Source: Bacilli bacterium
Lineage (GTDB): Bacteria; Bacillota_I; Bacilli_A; RFN20; DUOF01
DNA length: 64,000 bases
Direction: 5' to 3'
Assembly (NCBI GenBank): GCA_045118975.1
Contig: JBGVCT010000016.1
Location: forward strand, 28,199 to 92,198
The notes below the pieces were generated by a model, which saw only the letters and a list, made by a program, of their open reading frames with translations, searched no databases and was not told the origin of the DNA. Each line of letters opens with the position of its first letter. Positions within the stretch are counted from its first letter, which is position 1. Shown piece after piece: positions 1 to 10,648 of the stretch. Made by a program: the position numbers and the translations under genes.

Positions 1-1808
1 TTTCTGCCCTAACAAGTGCAATATATAGTGCTAGACAATTAATTGTTCACTATTCAGATTACAAATCATTTGATGATTTAGAAACTATTTCTAAGAACAT
101 TTTAGAAAAGTTTAATAAGGCATATCCAGCAGAAAAGGCTTATTTTGATAAACTATTAAAATTCCAAAATACAGGCGAACATAATGTTGTCATTAAAAAG
201 AGTAGTGATGTAGTATATGATGAATTCACTAAATCTTATTTGTTTAAAAAAGGTGATATTTCCATTTCAGTAAGTGCAAGTAAAGTTACTGTTATTAAAG
301 ATTTTAAAAAGAGAAAAGATTTAGCTTATATTGTTAATTGTGATAGCAATATGAATTATTTCTATGTAAATCCTGATTATGAAATGGAATATGTACAACT
401 AAAGGCGCCAAAAGAGTTACAAGATTTCTTTGTTAAGAACTTTAAGCCTCTTGCTATTGATTATTTAGGACACAAAGAGATGGCTAGAGATATACTTGAA
501 CATTTCTTTTCTGGAAGTTATAGCACAATTAAAACGCGTAATGTGCCTGGGAAAAATGAAAAAGAATTTTATACAGATACAAGTAAACTTTTAAGCGATT
601 TCTTTGATGAGGGTGTTGTTTATAAAGAGTTTTTAAATGGAAGATCATATATCAATAGAGGGGCTCCTGAAATTAGATATGATGACTATAGCGCTATTAA
701 AAATCAGGTTAGCGAATCATTGCTTGCTAATGTTTCAGAAAGAGATTTCTTCTTTATTAGAAAGAGTGAGGCAATGCTTAATGATATTGAAGATAGTATA
801 AGAAAATATGGACCATCTTTAGATTCAGAATTGCTTTCTAAAATGAAAATTTCTATGCTTATTAATTTTGTCGATCAAAGTGTAAAGAATTTATCTAATT
901 CGTTTATTCATGCACATCCTGATTTTGAAAAACTATATATAAGATTATTGGATTATAGAAATTTCTTTGCTCATAATATTTATCAATTAAAACCAGATTT
1001 GGGGACTAGAATTCTTGATGAGTTTATGGATGTATCTAAAGGATTTGTAGGAATTATATCTTCATTAAACATTGAAAAAATAACTAAACCTTTAGAAAAA
1101 GAAGAGAAAAGTTTCTTGGCTTTAGAAAAAGATCCTAAAAACTTTATAAACTTCAAATATGAACAATTTATTAGAGTGGATCCAGTAACCTATATTGGAG
1201 ATAAATTATATTACTCTACTAGAGGTAGTGAATATGAAAGGGTTATTGGTTTAATTCCTACTGATAAGCATGGAGATTATAGAGCTGCTTATTATGAAAA
1301 AAAAGAAGATACTTTTGTTGCTAAGACAATAAAAGGACAAGGTGGCAAAAAGAAAAAAGTATTTGTGACTCAAACAAATCTTTCAACTGGTGAAGATTTG
1401 ATGATGGATACTAATATAAGAGATTTATTATATATTAATGCGGCATATGCTCACAAATGTGGGGAACCAGAAGTATTAAAGAATCTTAGAAAAACTAGTA
1501 AGAAAATTATTGTATTTAGACCAAGTGAAGATAATAATTTCACAACTCACGCGGCTAGTTTAAATCATCTTATTTCTAACTATTATCAACAAAGATATTT
1601 GCCATATGAACTTGCAAGAAGAACACAAATTAACTTTGCATTAACAGAAAATAATGAAGGATATTTTGAAATTTTAGATTTAGATGGTAATGTTATAGCT
1701 GAAGTTGTTGATGAAAAATTATTTAGAAAATATGAGATGAAAAAAGATAGTAATCAAGTATTTACAGTTAGTACTATCCCATATGATTTTTCTAAGAAAA
1801 GAGGGTAA
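1..1808 (+). CDS. hypothetical protein, 5'-partial. The reading frame is open from base 3, so the track's TTG start at 240 is probably internal.
   Basis: The frame of ORF 240..1808 has no stop codon back to the window start. No recognisable catalytic motifs. Confidence 0.5.
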   Translation, partial: SALTSAIYSARQLIVHYSDYKSFDDLETISKNILEKFNKAYPAEKAYFDKLLKFQNTGEHNVVIKKSSDVVYDEFTKSYLFKKGDISISVSASKVTVIKDFKKRKDLAYIVNCDSNMNYFYVNPDYEMEYVQLKAPKELQDFFVKNFKPLAIDYLGHKEMARDILEHFFSGSYSTIKTRNVPGKNEKEFYTDTSKLLSDFFDEGVVYKEFLNGRSYINRGAPEIRYDDYSAIKNQVSESLLANVSERDFFFIRKSEAMLNDIEDSIRKYGPSLDSELLSKMKISMLINFVDQSVKNLSNSFIHAHPDFEKLYIRLLDYRNFFAHNIYQLKPDLGTRILDEFMDVSKGFVGIISSLNIEKITKPLEKEEKSFLALEKDPKNFINFKYEQFIRVDPVTYIGDKLYYSTRGSEYERVIGLIPTDKHGDYRAAYYEKKEDTFVAKTIKGQGGKKKKVFVTQTNLSTGEDLMMDTNIRDLLYINAAYAHKCGEPEVLKNLRKTSKKIIVFRPSEDNNFTTHAASLNHLISNYYQQRYLPYELARRTQINFALTENNEGYFEILDLDGNVIAEVVDEKLFRKYEMKKDSNQVFTVSTIPYDFSKKRG

Positions 1809-1811
1809 TGT

Positions 1812-2054
1812 ATGAATAAAACATTAATATCGCTATTAAAAATATATAACATCAATAAGGTTCTTGTTAGAAATGATGATATGGTTGATATTGTTATTTT
1901 AAATAGAGACAGAGTATTAAGTTTAAATGACTGGATCAATTTAAATATTGGGCTTAAATTAATGTATGGCAAGGAAGTTAATTATTTAAGTAAACAAGAT
2001 GCTATGTATATTTATAAGGATTTATCTTCATTTGAGGAGGTAAGTTATGAGTAG
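1812..2054 (+). CDS. hypothetical small protein (80 aa)
   Basis: ATG preceded by AGAGGG RBS. Stop overlaps the next gene start (translational coupling). Confidence 0.4.
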   Translation: MNKTLISLLKIYNINKVLVRNDDMVDIVILNRDRVLSLNDWINLNIGLKLMYGKEVNYLSKQDAMYIYKDLSSFEEVSYE

Positions 2055-2376
2055 TATTGTTAATTTATATGTATATATGAATGCTAGCAATGAACTAGTG
2101 AAAAAGCTTGATAAAGTGAGTATTGATGAGTTTGTTAAAAGTGAAGATATGATTAGTGCGTATTTAGCTATATTTAAGGATCTAGTTAAGTATTTATTAT
2201 CATTAGAAGATATGTTTAATATTGCAGATGAACTTACAACTTTGAAAAAAGAAATATATGAAATAGATTCATTTGTAATGAATTCATATAAGATGGTAAA
2301 TGCTAATATGTTATATGATTTCTTCATGTTGGATTATAGAAGATTATTTAAAATAGTTAGTGAACTTGTAAAATAA
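2047..2376 (+). CDS. hypothetical small protein (109 aa)
   Basis: Strong GAGGAGG RBS 7 nt upstream of ATG. Followed by a rho-independent terminator. Confidence 0.45.
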   Translation: MSSIVNLYVYMNASNELVKKLDKVSIDEFVKSEDMISAYLAIFKDLVKYLLSLEDMFNIADELTTLKKEIYEIDSFVMNSYKMVNANMLYDFFMLDYRRLFKIVSELVK

Positions 2377-2398
2377 GGGGATATATCCCCTTTTTTTC
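2377..2398 (+). terminator. rho-independent terminator
   Basis: GGGGATATATCCCC hairpin followed by T7 directly after the stop codon. Confidence 0.7.
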
Positions 2399-2438
2399 AT
2401 ATATTTATTTTTAAATCATAAACTTAATTGGTGATATT

Positions 2439-2645
2439 ATGTTTGAATATAGTAATAATGTTTTGATCATTAGTGGCTTTAAAGATATTAAATATATTGA
2501 TGATAATAAAATAGAGGTTGTTTATGCTCGTAAAAGGATTATTGTTTTGGGAAAAATGTTAAAAGCAAGTAATCTTCTTGATTGTAGTCTAGAGCTAAGA
2601 GGGATTATAGAGAGCATTAATCAGGAGTATTTTGATAATGATTAG
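2439..2645 (+). CDS. yqfC: YqfC/YabP-family sporulation protein (68 aa)
   Basis: Small beta-rich protein with the YabP/YqfC-like pattern (ISGFKDIKYIDDNKIEV...LELRGII). Located upstream of ybeY as in Bacillus. Confidence 0.45.
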   Translation: MFEYSNNVLIISGFKDIKYIDDNKIEVVYARKRIIVLGKMLKASNLLDCSLELRGIIESINQEYFDND

Positions 2646-3555
2646 TTATGATATCTATTTATTTCATTATTCTTCATTATCTACACTTTTAAAAGTTATG
2701 AATTATTTTAATATTCCAGTTAAAAAATATTATGAATATGGCAAAGATTATTATCTTAAAATACCAAGAAAATATAGAAGATTAGTAAAAGATAAATTTG
2801 TGGAAGTTCATATTGTAGATGGTGTGGGAGTTATTAATTTTATAGAGAGATTAATGCTTAAACCTATAACTCTTGTTTCTTTAATTTTGTCTATTTTTTT
2901 ATTTATGAATTTATCATCAAGACTATATGATATAAGTTTTAATGGGGATTATCCTTATATTGAAAAGGAAATTGTTAATAGTTTAAAAGAATATGAATTA
3001 TATAAGTGGGGATATTTTGTTGATGAAGAGAAATTAGATGATATTGAGGGGTTATTGAAAGAAAAATATAATAATGATTTAGAATCTTTAGATTTATATA
3101 AAAGGGGAAATAAATTAATTGTTAATTATAAAAAAAGAAGAAAGATAAATGATTTAGAAGAAAATAAAGGGAGTTTATATGCAAGTAAAGATGGGGTTAT
3201 TGCTTCATTTGATGTTATAAAAGGTGTCAAGGTAGTAAAGGTTAATGATTTTGTTAGAAAAGGAGATTTACTTGTTAGTGAGATAGTTATAAATAATAAA
3301 GATGAGGGTGTTAGTGTTGGGGGAAGAGGGAGTGTATATGCTTACACTTACTATTTTATTGAAGTGAATGATACTTATAAAAAAAGCGATGAAGTAGAGG
3401 TATATTCAACGCTTTTAGATAAGGCTAGAAAAGAGGTTTCTAAAAATATCAATAGTGATAGAGAGTATATAAAAGAGGAAAATGTTTTAGTGTGTGATTT
3501 AAGCAACCAATATTTAAAAATTTATTATGTTTTATATGAAGATATTACAATTTAG
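2632..3555 (+). CDS. yqfD: YqfD-like stage IV sporulation protein (307 aa) with a central TM helix
   Basis: Overlaps the yqfC-like stop. Hydrophobic helix LKPITLVSLILSIFLFMNL. Synteny with yqfC-yqfD of Bacillus. Confidence 0.4.
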   Translation: MIMISYDIYLFHYSSLSTLLKVMNYFNIPVKKYYEYGKDYYLKIPRKYRRLVKDKFVEVHIVDGVGVINFIERLMLKPITLVSLILSIFLFMNLSSRLYDISFNGDYPYIEKEIVNSLKEYELYKWGYFVDEEKLDDIEGLLKEKYNNDLESLDLYKRGNKLIVNYKKRRKINDLEENKGSLYASKDGVIASFDVIKGVKVVKVNDFVRKGDLLVSEIVINNKDEGVSVGGRGSVYAYTYYFIEVNDTYKKSDEVEVYSTLLDKARKEVSKNINSDREYIKEENVLVCDLSNQYLKIYYVLYEDITI

Positions 3556-4474
3556 AGTAATATCTTTTTATTTTGTTTATAAATGGGAGGGTTATGATAA
3601 CTCCTAGTAAGTTGAATAGGATATTGATTATAGCGATTGATATAGCAGGTGTAGCGTTTGTGATATCTATAACTAGATTTATAAGTGTGGTGAATGGAAA
3701 AATAAAAATAGAAAAAATGATGGTTGTTAAAATATTAAATGTTATTGAAAAGTGAGAGAGTTTTTTTGCTTCTTTATTGCTTGAAAAGAAGGTTATTAGG
3801 GCATCAAAACTTGTGCCAATATTTGCTCCAAATATTAAAGGTATTGCCTGAATTGGGGTAATTATAGATGAGGTGGCAAATATTTGTAAAAGTGCTACAA
3901 ATAGGCTAGAAGATTGTAAGGCTATAGTTATAAGTGTTCCTATTAAAATACTTAAAAAGAAGTTATCTGTGGCGCGTTTTATATAAAGTGGAATAATTGG
4001 GCTATCTTTTAATGAAATTAAAGAAAAAGAGATTAAAAACACAGAAAAAAATAGTAATGAAACATAGAAAGTTGTTTTTGAAATATTAGCTATTTTGGGG
4101 TTTTTTGAATTAGAAAAGATAAATGATATAAGAAGGAAAAAAGGAGATATTTTTTCTAAGTTAAGACCAATAAAAAAAGAGGATATAGTGGTGGCAATAT
4201 TACTTCCAAGAACTATTCCTATACTTTGATTAAATGATAGAATATTTGAATTTATTAAAGTTATGGTAAGCATAATAAGTGCTGAACTGGATTGAATAAT
4301 TAATGTAGAAAAGAATCCTGTAAATAGGGATTTTTGAAAAGATGAAGTCAACTTTTTTAGGCTGTTTTGTATTTTAAAAAGAGAAGATTTTATAAGGCTT
4401 TTTGATAAGGATTCTAAAGAAAATACAAATAAGGATAGACCACCAAGTAATAGAGTAATATTCACATGTTTCAC
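3545..4474 (-). CDS. Na/Pi-cotransporter family membrane protein (short form, 309 aa)
   Basis: Polytopic membrane protein with a GANIGTSFDA motif like the GANIGTT signature of the Na_Pi_cotrans family. The PhoU-like C-terminal domain of full-length NptA is absent. Confidence 0.5.
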   Translation of the reverse strand: MKHVNITLLLGGLSLFVFSLESLSKSLIKSSLFKIQNSLKKLTSSFQKSLFTGFFSTLIIQSSSALIMLTITLINSNILSFNQSIGIVLGSNIATTISSFFIGLNLEKISPFFLLISFIFSNSKNPKIANISKTTFYVSLLFFSVFLISFSLISLKDSPIIPLYIKRATDNFFLSILIGTLITIALQSSSLFVALLQIFATSSIITPIQAIPLIFGANIGTSFDALITFFSSNKEAKKLSHFSITFNILTTIIFSIFIFPFTTLINLVIDITNATPAISIAIINILFNLLGVIITLPFINKIKRYYSKL

Positions 4475-4539
4475 CAGTTAATTATACTTATTAAGGGATT
4501 TTTTTAGACTAATAGTAATGGTATTTTAGAGGTGATATT

Positions 4540-4911
4540 ATGATTAATTTTTATTATTTGATTAATTTCTTAGAATGTGGGCACTTTTGTATTAAATATT
4601 ATTTGAAAAAGGATAAGAAAAAAGTGAAGAATGTTTATGATAAAACAATGATGTCGCTTAGGCTTGTGAGGAATGTTTTGAAGGAATACTATGGGGATGT
4701 TATTTGGTATAAAAATGTGAATCTAGATGAAGTGAATTTTAGGTGTATAAGTTTAATTAAAGTTGGTAAAAAGGGGCTTCATTATGTGGTTATTGAAAAG
4801 GTAAGAGATGGCTATGTTTATTTTTATGATCCTCTGTTTATCTTTTTAAGAAAGATGAAAAAGGAAAGGTTTAAGGAAAAATGGAGTAATTTAGTGTGTA
4901 AATGTTATTAA
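4540..4911 (+). CDS. stand-alone papain-like peptidase C39-like domain protein (123 aa)
   Basis: Cys in LECGHFCIKYYL and His in HYVVIEKVRDGYVYFYDP resemble the catalytic Cys/His context of C39 bacteriocin-processing peptidases. Confidence 0.35.
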   Translation: MINFYYLINFLECGHFCIKYYLKKDKKKVKNVYDKTMMSLRLVRNVLKEYYGDVIWYKNVNLDEVNFRCISLIKVGKKGLHYVVIEKVRDGYVYFYDPLFIFLRKMKKERFKEKWSNLVCKCY

Positions 4912-4938
4912 AAATAGTAATTGTTAACATAGTTAACA

Positions 4939-4966
4939 TTTACATATTTTTCTTGTGTGGTATAAT
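4939..4966 (+). promoter_or_regulatory. sigma-A type promoter for ybeY
   Basis: -35 TTTACA at 4939-4944, 16-nt spacer, then extended -10 TGG-TATAAT at 4958-4966. Two GTTAAC palindromes lie just upstream at 4922-4938. Confidence 0.4.
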
Positions 4967-4983
4967 ATCATTGGGTGTTTGTC

Positions 4984-5460
4984 ATGAATAAAATTGATAT
5001 TATTAACAAAGTTAAAGGATTAGATATAAAAGGTTATCGTAAAGATTTCAAAGAAATCTTAAAGGAAACTATTCGAGTTTTGGAAATAGAAAATGATGTT
5101 TCACTTAGTTTGACTATTTGTCTTAGTGATTATATTCATGGGTTAAACAAAGAATATAGAAATATAGATAGAGAAACAGATGTCTTATCATTTGCAATTG
5201 AAGATGGTATGGATGAGGATGATATTTTGGATATGATTGATTTTGCAGGAGTTAGAGAAATTGGCGATATCATAATCAATCTTGATAGAGTGAAGTCTCA
5301 AGCTAGTGAGTATGGTCATAGCGAGAGAAGGGAAATGTGTTTTTTATTCACTCATGGGTTATTACATCTTTTAGGCTATGATCACATGGAAAAAGAAGAT
5401 GAAGAAGAAATGTTTGGGTTACAAAATGTTATTTTAGGTAATCTTGAGATAAATAGATAG
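4984..5460 (+). CDS. ybeY: rRNA maturation endoribonuclease YbeY
   Basis: HGLLHLLGYDH zinc-binding signature. The start may be GTG at 4975 or ATG at 4984. Confidence 0.85.
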   Translation: MNKIDIINKVKGLDIKGYRKDFKEILKETIRVLEIENDVSLSLTICLSDYIHGLNKEYRNIDRETDVLSFAIEDGMDEDDILDMIDFAGVREIGDIIINLDRVKSQASEYGHSERREMCFLFTHGLLHLLGYDHMEKEDEEEMFGLQNVILGNLEINR

Positions 5461-5470
5461 GAGAATTGAA

Positions 5471-5881
5471 ATGAAGCAAGAATTAAAAGAAAAAATGTTA
5501 AGAGAAGCAGTTTTAGTTAAAGTTAATTCATATTCGCCATATTCTAAATTTAGAGTAGGAGCTTGCGTTGCTACTAAGAGTGGAGAATTAATTTGTGGAG
5601 TAAATGTTGAATCTGCTTCTTATCCATGCGGGATATGTGCTGAAAGAAGTGCTCTTAGTGCGGCATATTCAAAAGGATATAAAAAAGATGATATAGTTGC
5701 TATTGCAATAAGTGGAGATAGTAAAGAGTTTATTAGTCCATGTGGGATGTGTAGACAAGTTATAAGTGAACTTATGCCATCTAATGCAACTGTTTATCTT
5801 TTGAATTCTAAGCAAGAAGTAAAAGAGGTAAAGGTAAAACAATTATTGCCATTTGCTTTTACTCTAAAGGAGGATAAATAA
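5471..5881 (+). CDS. cdd: cytidine deaminase
   Basis: PCGICAERSAL and PCGMCRQ zinc-ligand motifs (CAE / PCxxC). 136 aa. Confidence 0.85.
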   Translation: MKQELKEKMLREAVLVKVNSYSPYSKFRVGACVATKSGELICGVNVESASYPCGICAERSALSAAYSKGYKKDDIVAIAISGDSKEFISPCGMCRQVISELMPSNATVYLLNSKQEVKEVKVKQLLPFAFTLKEDK

Positions 5882-6768
5882 TGTTTAAGTCAGGATTTGT
5901 TGCAATCGTTGGAAAACCTAATGCAGGCAAATCTACTTTAATGAATAACATTATTAAGCATAAAATTGCTATTACCTCACCTAAGGCACAGACAACTAGA
6001 AATAAGATTGAAGGAATTTACAATGATGAGAGAATGCAAGTAATATTTATCGATACTCCAGGTATTCATAAAAGTACTACTAAGTTAGGTGTTGAGTTAA
6101 ACAAAATGGCATTTTCTTCGACTAGAGATGTAGAGCTTACACTTCTTATTGTAGATGCTTCAAAAAGATGTGATGAGTTAGATGATAAGGTTTTAGAAAA
6201 ACTTAAAACTGTTAAATCACCAATTGTCCTAGTTTTAAATAAGATAGATGTGCTTAATAAAGAACAACTTATAAAGAAAACATTAGAGTGGAATAAGAAG
6301 GGGGATTTTGCTGCCATTGTTCCAATTAGTGCTTTGAAGAGTGATAATGTTGAAGAATTAAAAAATGTTATTTATGAATATTTGCCTGAGGGACCAATGT
6401 ATTATGATAGCGATGCAATCTGCTCTTATCCAGAAAGGTTCCTAGTTAGTGAATTAATAAGAGAGAAGATTTTATTCTTTACTCAAGAAGAAATTCCTCA
6501 TTCAGTTGCTGTTGTAACTGATTCGATGAAGAAAAAGGGAGACACTTATATAGTTAATGCTACTATTATTGTTGATAGAGATTCTAAAAAAGGAATCATT
6601 ATTGGAAAAGGCGGAAGCATGCTTAAAAAGATAGGTGTTGCTGCAAGAGCTACAATTGAAGATTTATTGGGATATAAAATTTATTTAGAATTATTTGTTC
6701 GTGTTGAAAAGGATTGGAAGAATTCTAATAGATATCTTAAAGAATTTGGATATAAAAATGAGGATTAA
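5881..6768 (+). CDS. era: GTPase Era
   Basis: GKPNAGKSTLMN P-loop, DTPG, NKID motifs and a C-terminal KH domain. Typical cdd-era-recO order. Confidence 0.9.
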   Translation: MFKSGFVAIVGKPNAGKSTLMNNIIKHKIAITSPKAQTTRNKIEGIYNDERMQVIFIDTPGIHKSTTKLGVELNKMAFSSTRDVELTLLIVDASKRCDELDDKVLEKLKTVKSPIVLVLNKIDVLNKEQLIKKTLEWNKKGDFAAIVPISALKSDNVEELKNVIYEYLPEGPMYYDSDAICSYPERFLVSELIREKILFFTQEEIPHSVAVVTDSMKKKGDTYIVNATIIVDRDSKKGIIIGKGGSMLKKIGVAARATIEDLLGYKIYLELFVRVEKDWKNSNRYLKEFGYKNED

Positions 6769-6771
6769 GAT

Positions 6772-7491
6772 ATGAAGAATAAGTTTTGTGGATATGTTAT
6801 AGATAGTGTGGATTATAAAGATAATGATTCAATTGTTACTATTTTGTGTGAAGATGGTCTTGTTTCTTTAAAGGCAAGAGGGGCAAAGAAGATAACTTCA
6901 AAGATGAATTCAGTGTTATTTAATTATGCATATAGTGAATTTGAAGTTAATAAGAGTGAAAAGAGTGGGTATCTTACTCTTTTGGATGGTACTTTACTTA
7001 ATTATCCTAACTTTGTAATTAATAGTTTAGATTATTTAACTATTATGGGAATTGTTAGTGAGGGAATTAATAAATGTAAAGACAATGAAAATCTATATAC
7101 TTCATTTAAAGATTGTTTGTCTTTAATGGAAAATGGAGTAAATAGTAAGGTTCTTATAGTGGCATTTTTAAACTTTATGTTAGAGAGTGAAGGTGCTAAG
7201 TATGAGGGAGATAAGTGTGTATCTTGTTTAGATAAAAAAGTTAGTTCTTTCTCATTTGAGATGGGTGGCTTTTTGTGTAATAAGTGTAGTCATATTAGTG
7301 AAGATGTTTCTTATTTAAAAACAATGAGAATATTAACTAAGATTAATTTAAAAAATGCTTTAAAAATAACTGAAACTAATGCAAATTATGATATTTATAT
7401 TGGACATGCATTTGAGTCATTAGAAAATAAGTGTGGTATATATTTTAAAGGAAAAGATTTTTTACTTAAAGTACTAAAAATGGAGGGTTAA
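6772..7491 (+). CDS. recO: DNA repair protein RecO
   Basis: Position after era. CxxC...CxxC zinc-finger pairs in the C-terminal half. Typical length of 239 aa. Confidence 0.7.
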   Translation: MKNKFCGYVIDSVDYKDNDSIVTILCEDGLVSLKARGAKKITSKMNSVLFNYAYSEFEVNKSEKSGYLTLLDGTLLNYPNFVINSLDYLTIMGIVSEGINKCKDNENLYTSFKDCLSLMENGVNSKVLIVAFLNFMLESEGAKYEGDKCVSCLDKKVSSFSFEMGGFLCNKCSHISEDVSYLKTMRILTKINLKNALKITETNANYDIYIGHAFESLENKCGIYFKGKDFLLKVLKMEG

Positions 7492-7493
7492 AG

Positions 7494-8867
7494 ATGAGTG
7501 AATATAGTTTTGAAAAAGTAGTAAATCATGTAAAGGTTAGTGGATTTGTATATCCAGGTAGTGAGATTTATAATGGTCTTGCTAATGCTTGGGATTATGG
7601 ACCTTTAGGAGTTGAATTAAAGAACAATTTAAAGAAGTTATGGTGGAAGAAATTTGTACAAGAAAATCCTTATAATGTTGGTTTGGATAGTGCTATTTTA
7701 ATGAATCCAACAGTTTGGAAAGCTAGTGGACACCTTGCAACATTTAGCGATCCACTTATGGATTGTAAAAATTGTAAAACTAGACATAGAGCAGATAAGT
7801 TAGTTGAAGAGCATGATAGTAGTGTAAATGCTGGAGAAATGTCTGATGAAGATTTATTCAATTACATTAAAGACAATAAGATTGCTTGTCCTAATTGTGG
7901 TAGTCATGATTTTAGTGATATTCGTAAGTTTAATCTTATGTATAAGACATACCAAGGTGTATTAGAGGATGCAAAAAGTGTTGTTTATTTAAGACCTGAA
8001 ACAGCACAAGGTATCTTTGTTAACTTTAAAAATATTCAAAGAACAACTAGAAAGAAACTTCCTTTTGGTGTTGCTCAAATTGGTAAGAGTTTTAGAAATG
8101 AGATTACTCCTGGTAACTTCATTTTCAGAATTAGAGAGTTTGAACAAATGGAATTAGAATTCTTTTGCAAACCTGGTGAAGATTTGAAATGGTATGCTTA
8201 TTGGAAAGACTATTGTTTCAATTTTGTTAAGGCGCTAGGAGTAAAAGAAGAGAACTTAAGATTAAGAGAGCACTCTCCAGAAGAATTATGTTTCTATTCT
8301 AAGGGAACTTGTGATATTGAATATAAATTCCCATTTGGTTGGGGTGAGTTATGGGGTATTGCAGATAGAACAGATTATGACTTAACTCAACATACAAAGT
8401 TTAGTGGAACTAATTTAGATTATATTGATCCTAGTGATAATTCTAGATTTACTCCATATTGTGTAGAACCTAGTTTAGGTGCTGATAGATTGGCTCTTCT
8501 TGTTATGTGTGAAGCATATAGCGAAGAAGTGGTAAATGAAAATGATACTAGAATAGTTATGCATCTTCATCCAAATATTGCTCCATATAAGGCATGTATT
8601 TGTCCTTTAAGCAAGCAATTAAGCGATAAGGCTATGGAAGTATATAGTTTACTTGCTAAAGATTTCATGGTTGAATACGATGATGCAGGAAGTATTGGAA
8701 AAAGATATAGAAGACAAGATGCTATTGGAACTCCAATGTGTATCACTATCGATTTTGAAACTGAAAATGATGGTTCTGTAACTATTAGAGATAGAGATAC
8801 TATGGAACAAGTAAGAGTTAAAATAGAGGATTTAAAAGCTTATATTGAAGAAAAAATTAGATTATAA
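7494..8867 (+). CDS. glyQS: glycine--tRNA ligase (single-chain alpha2 type)
   Basis: Class II aaRS motifs ([31 protein letters not shown]). 457 aa, typical of dimeric GlyRS. Confidence 0.85.
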   Translation: MSEYSFEKVVNHVKVSGFVYPGSEIYNGLANAWDYGPLGVELKNNLKKLWWKKFVQENPYNVGLDSAILMNPTVWKASGHLATFSDPLMDCKNCKTRHRADKLVEEHDSSVNAGEMSDEDLFNYIKDNKIACPNCGSHDFSDIRKFNLMYKTYQGVLEDAKSVVYLRPETAQGIFVNFKNIQRTTRKKLPFGVAQIGKSFRNEITPGNFIFRIREFEQMELEFFCKPGEDLKWYAYWKDYCFNFVKALGVKEENLRLREHSPEELCFYSKGTCDIEYKFPFGWGELWGIADRTDYDLTQHTKFSGTNLDYIDPSDNSRFTPYCVEPSLGADRLALLVMCEAYSEEVVNENDTRIVMHLHPNIAPYKACICPLSKQLSDKAMEVYSLLAKDFMVEYDDAGSIGKRYRRQDAIGTPMCITIDFETENDGSVTIRDRDTMEQVRVKIEDLKAYIEEKIRL

Positions 8868-8878
8868 AAAGAAAGTAG

Positions 8879-10648
8879 GTGAAAAGGATGAGGCTTGATG
8901 ATAGAGTTATTGAAGAAATAAAAAACAAAGCCAATATTGTTGATGTTATTTCAAGATACATAAATGTCATTAAAAAAGGTAATAACTATCTAGCTATTTG
9001 TCCTTTTCATAATGATAGTAATCCAAGTATGAATATTAGCGAGAGTAAGCAAATATATAAGTGCTTCTCGTGTGGTGCTGGAGGTAATGTGTTTACCTTT
9101 GTCAGTGAATATGAAAAAGTTGGTTTTATTGAAGCGGTTAGTAAAGTTGCTAATATGATTGGATATGATTTATCAGGATATGAAATAGATACTCCAAAAG
9201 TTGATACAAAAAAAGATAAATTACTTAGATTGGTAAAAGATACAATGGAGTTCTATAATTACAATTTGCTTAACTCAGATAATGAGGGAATAAAGTATCT
9301 TAGTGAAAGAGGAATTACAATTGATGTCATTGATAACTTTAAGTTAGGATATGCCCCAAGTGATTCTAGTAAAACACTTAGGTATCTAACTAAAAAAGGT
9401 TATACAGTTGAAGAAATTGTGGAGGCTGGTATTGGTATAAATAATAATGGTTTCCTTGATAGATTTGCTTCAAGAGTAGTGTTCCCAATTACTGATTTAA
9501 ATGGCAATGTAGTGGCGTTTAGTGGTAGAAGAATTGATGATAGTAAAACAAGTAAATACATCAATAGTAATGAGAATATTTTGTTTAACAAGAGTGAATG
9601 TTTATATAACTTTTATGAGGCAAAAAATTATGTATTGCAAACAAAGAAAATATATATTGTAGAGGGCTTTATGGATACCATAGCTCTATACAAAGCAAAT
9701 GTAAAAAATGTGGTTGCTACAATGGGTGTAAATTTATCTAGCAAACACATAAGAGCAATTGAAAAACTTAATGCTGAAGTTATCTTTTCTCTAGATAGTG
9801 ATGAAGCGGGGCAAAGTTCAATGTTTAAGTTAGTAGAATCATTAAAAGAAGCCAATTTAAATGTTAGGGTTACTAATGTTAGTGAAAATGGTAAAGATTT
9901 AGATGAGATTTATAATTTAGAGGGTTCTAAGGGAGTTAATGAATTCATAAATAACACCATGACTATTCCTGAATTTAAGGTAAGTTATAAACTTGCTAGA
10001 ACAAATCTCAATAATTATATTGAGCGTAGTAATTTGATTAAATATGTTGCTGAAGTTGCAGATAAGGAAATAAGAAATAAAATTGAAAAAGAGAACTTTA
10101 TTATCATGGCTAGTAAAAAAATAGGCTGTGATAAGACCCTTATTAGTGAAAACGTTGACAACTTGAAAAGAAAAGTAGTAAAATCCTTAAGTGATATAGA
10201 AGCGAAAAATAATAACAAACGTTATTATAAGGCAGAAATAGAGATTATAAAGCAAATGCTACACAACAAGGATGCTACATATTATTACATCACATATCTA
10301 GGCTATTTACTTGATAACACTCATAGAAACATTGCTACATATATCGTGAACTACTATTACAGTGGAAAAGATTGGGATGGTAAAAAAATCTTAGATTCAA
10401 TAGTTGAAGTTGATATCAAAGAGGCGGCTAGCAAGATCTTTAATGATGATGGGTTGGCTAAGAAATTTGAAAAAAGCGTGTTTGATGTAATTAAAGTGCA
10501 GCAACCTTTAGAGATTCAACTTAATGATCTTATAAAACAAAGAGAAGAAACGATGGATTTAAGAGAAAAAGCTATGATTACTAGGGAAATAGGTAAAGTA
10601 AAGAAACAACTTAGTGATAGTAAAAGAGCTTCAAAGGAGGACAATTAA
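8879..10648 (+). CDS. dnaG: DNA primase
   Basis: Zinc-ribbon [11 protein letters not shown]...[13 protein letters not shown] followed by TOPRIM-type residues (EGFMD, DSDEAG). Upstream of sigA. Confidence 0.9.
   Translation: MKRMRLDDRVIEEIKNKANIVDVISRYINVIKKGNNYLAICPFHNDSNPSMNISESKQIYKCFSCGAGGNVFTFVSEYEKVGFIEAVSKVANMIGYDLSGYEIDTPKVDTKKDKLLRLVKDTMEFYNYNLLNSDNEGIKYLSERGITIDVIDNFKLGYAPSDSSKTLRYLTKKGYTVEEIVEAGIGINNNGFLDRFASRVVFPITDLNGNVVAFSGRRIDDSKTSKYINSNENILFNKSECLYNFYEAKNYVLQTKKIYIVEGFMDTIALYKANVKNVVATMGVNLSSKHIRAIEKLNAEVIFSLDSDEAGQSSMFKLVESLKEANLNVRVTNVSENGKDLDEIYNLEGSKGVNEFINNTMTIPEFKVSYKLARTNLNNYIERSNLIKYVAEVADKEIRNKIEKENFIIMASKKIGCDKTLISENVDNLKRKVVKSLSDIEAKNNNKRYYKAEIEIIKQMLHNKDATYYYITYLGYLLDNTHRNIATYIVNYYYSGKDWDGKKILDSIVEVDIKEAASKIFNDDGLAKKFEKSVFDVIKVQQPLEIQLNDLIKQREETMDLREKAMITREIGKVKKQLSDSKRASKEDN

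Noticed and set aside
1754-1972. 72-aa minus-strand ORF
   Set aside because: It lies entirely antisense to the end of the large + gene and the next small + gene, has a low-complexity Ile/Leu/Phe-rich translation typical of AT-rich antisense frames, and has no RBS.
2028-2327. 99-aa minus-strand ORF
   Set aside because: Antisense to the well-supported 109-aa + gene, which has a strong RBS and terminator. Its composition is biased.
3573-3755. 60-aa + ORF inside the Na/Pi-cotransporter gene
   Set aside because: Antisense overlap with a longer, motif-bearing membrane protein gene.
6066-6317. 83-aa minus-strand ORF inside era
   Set aside because: Antisense to a highly conserved GTPase gene.
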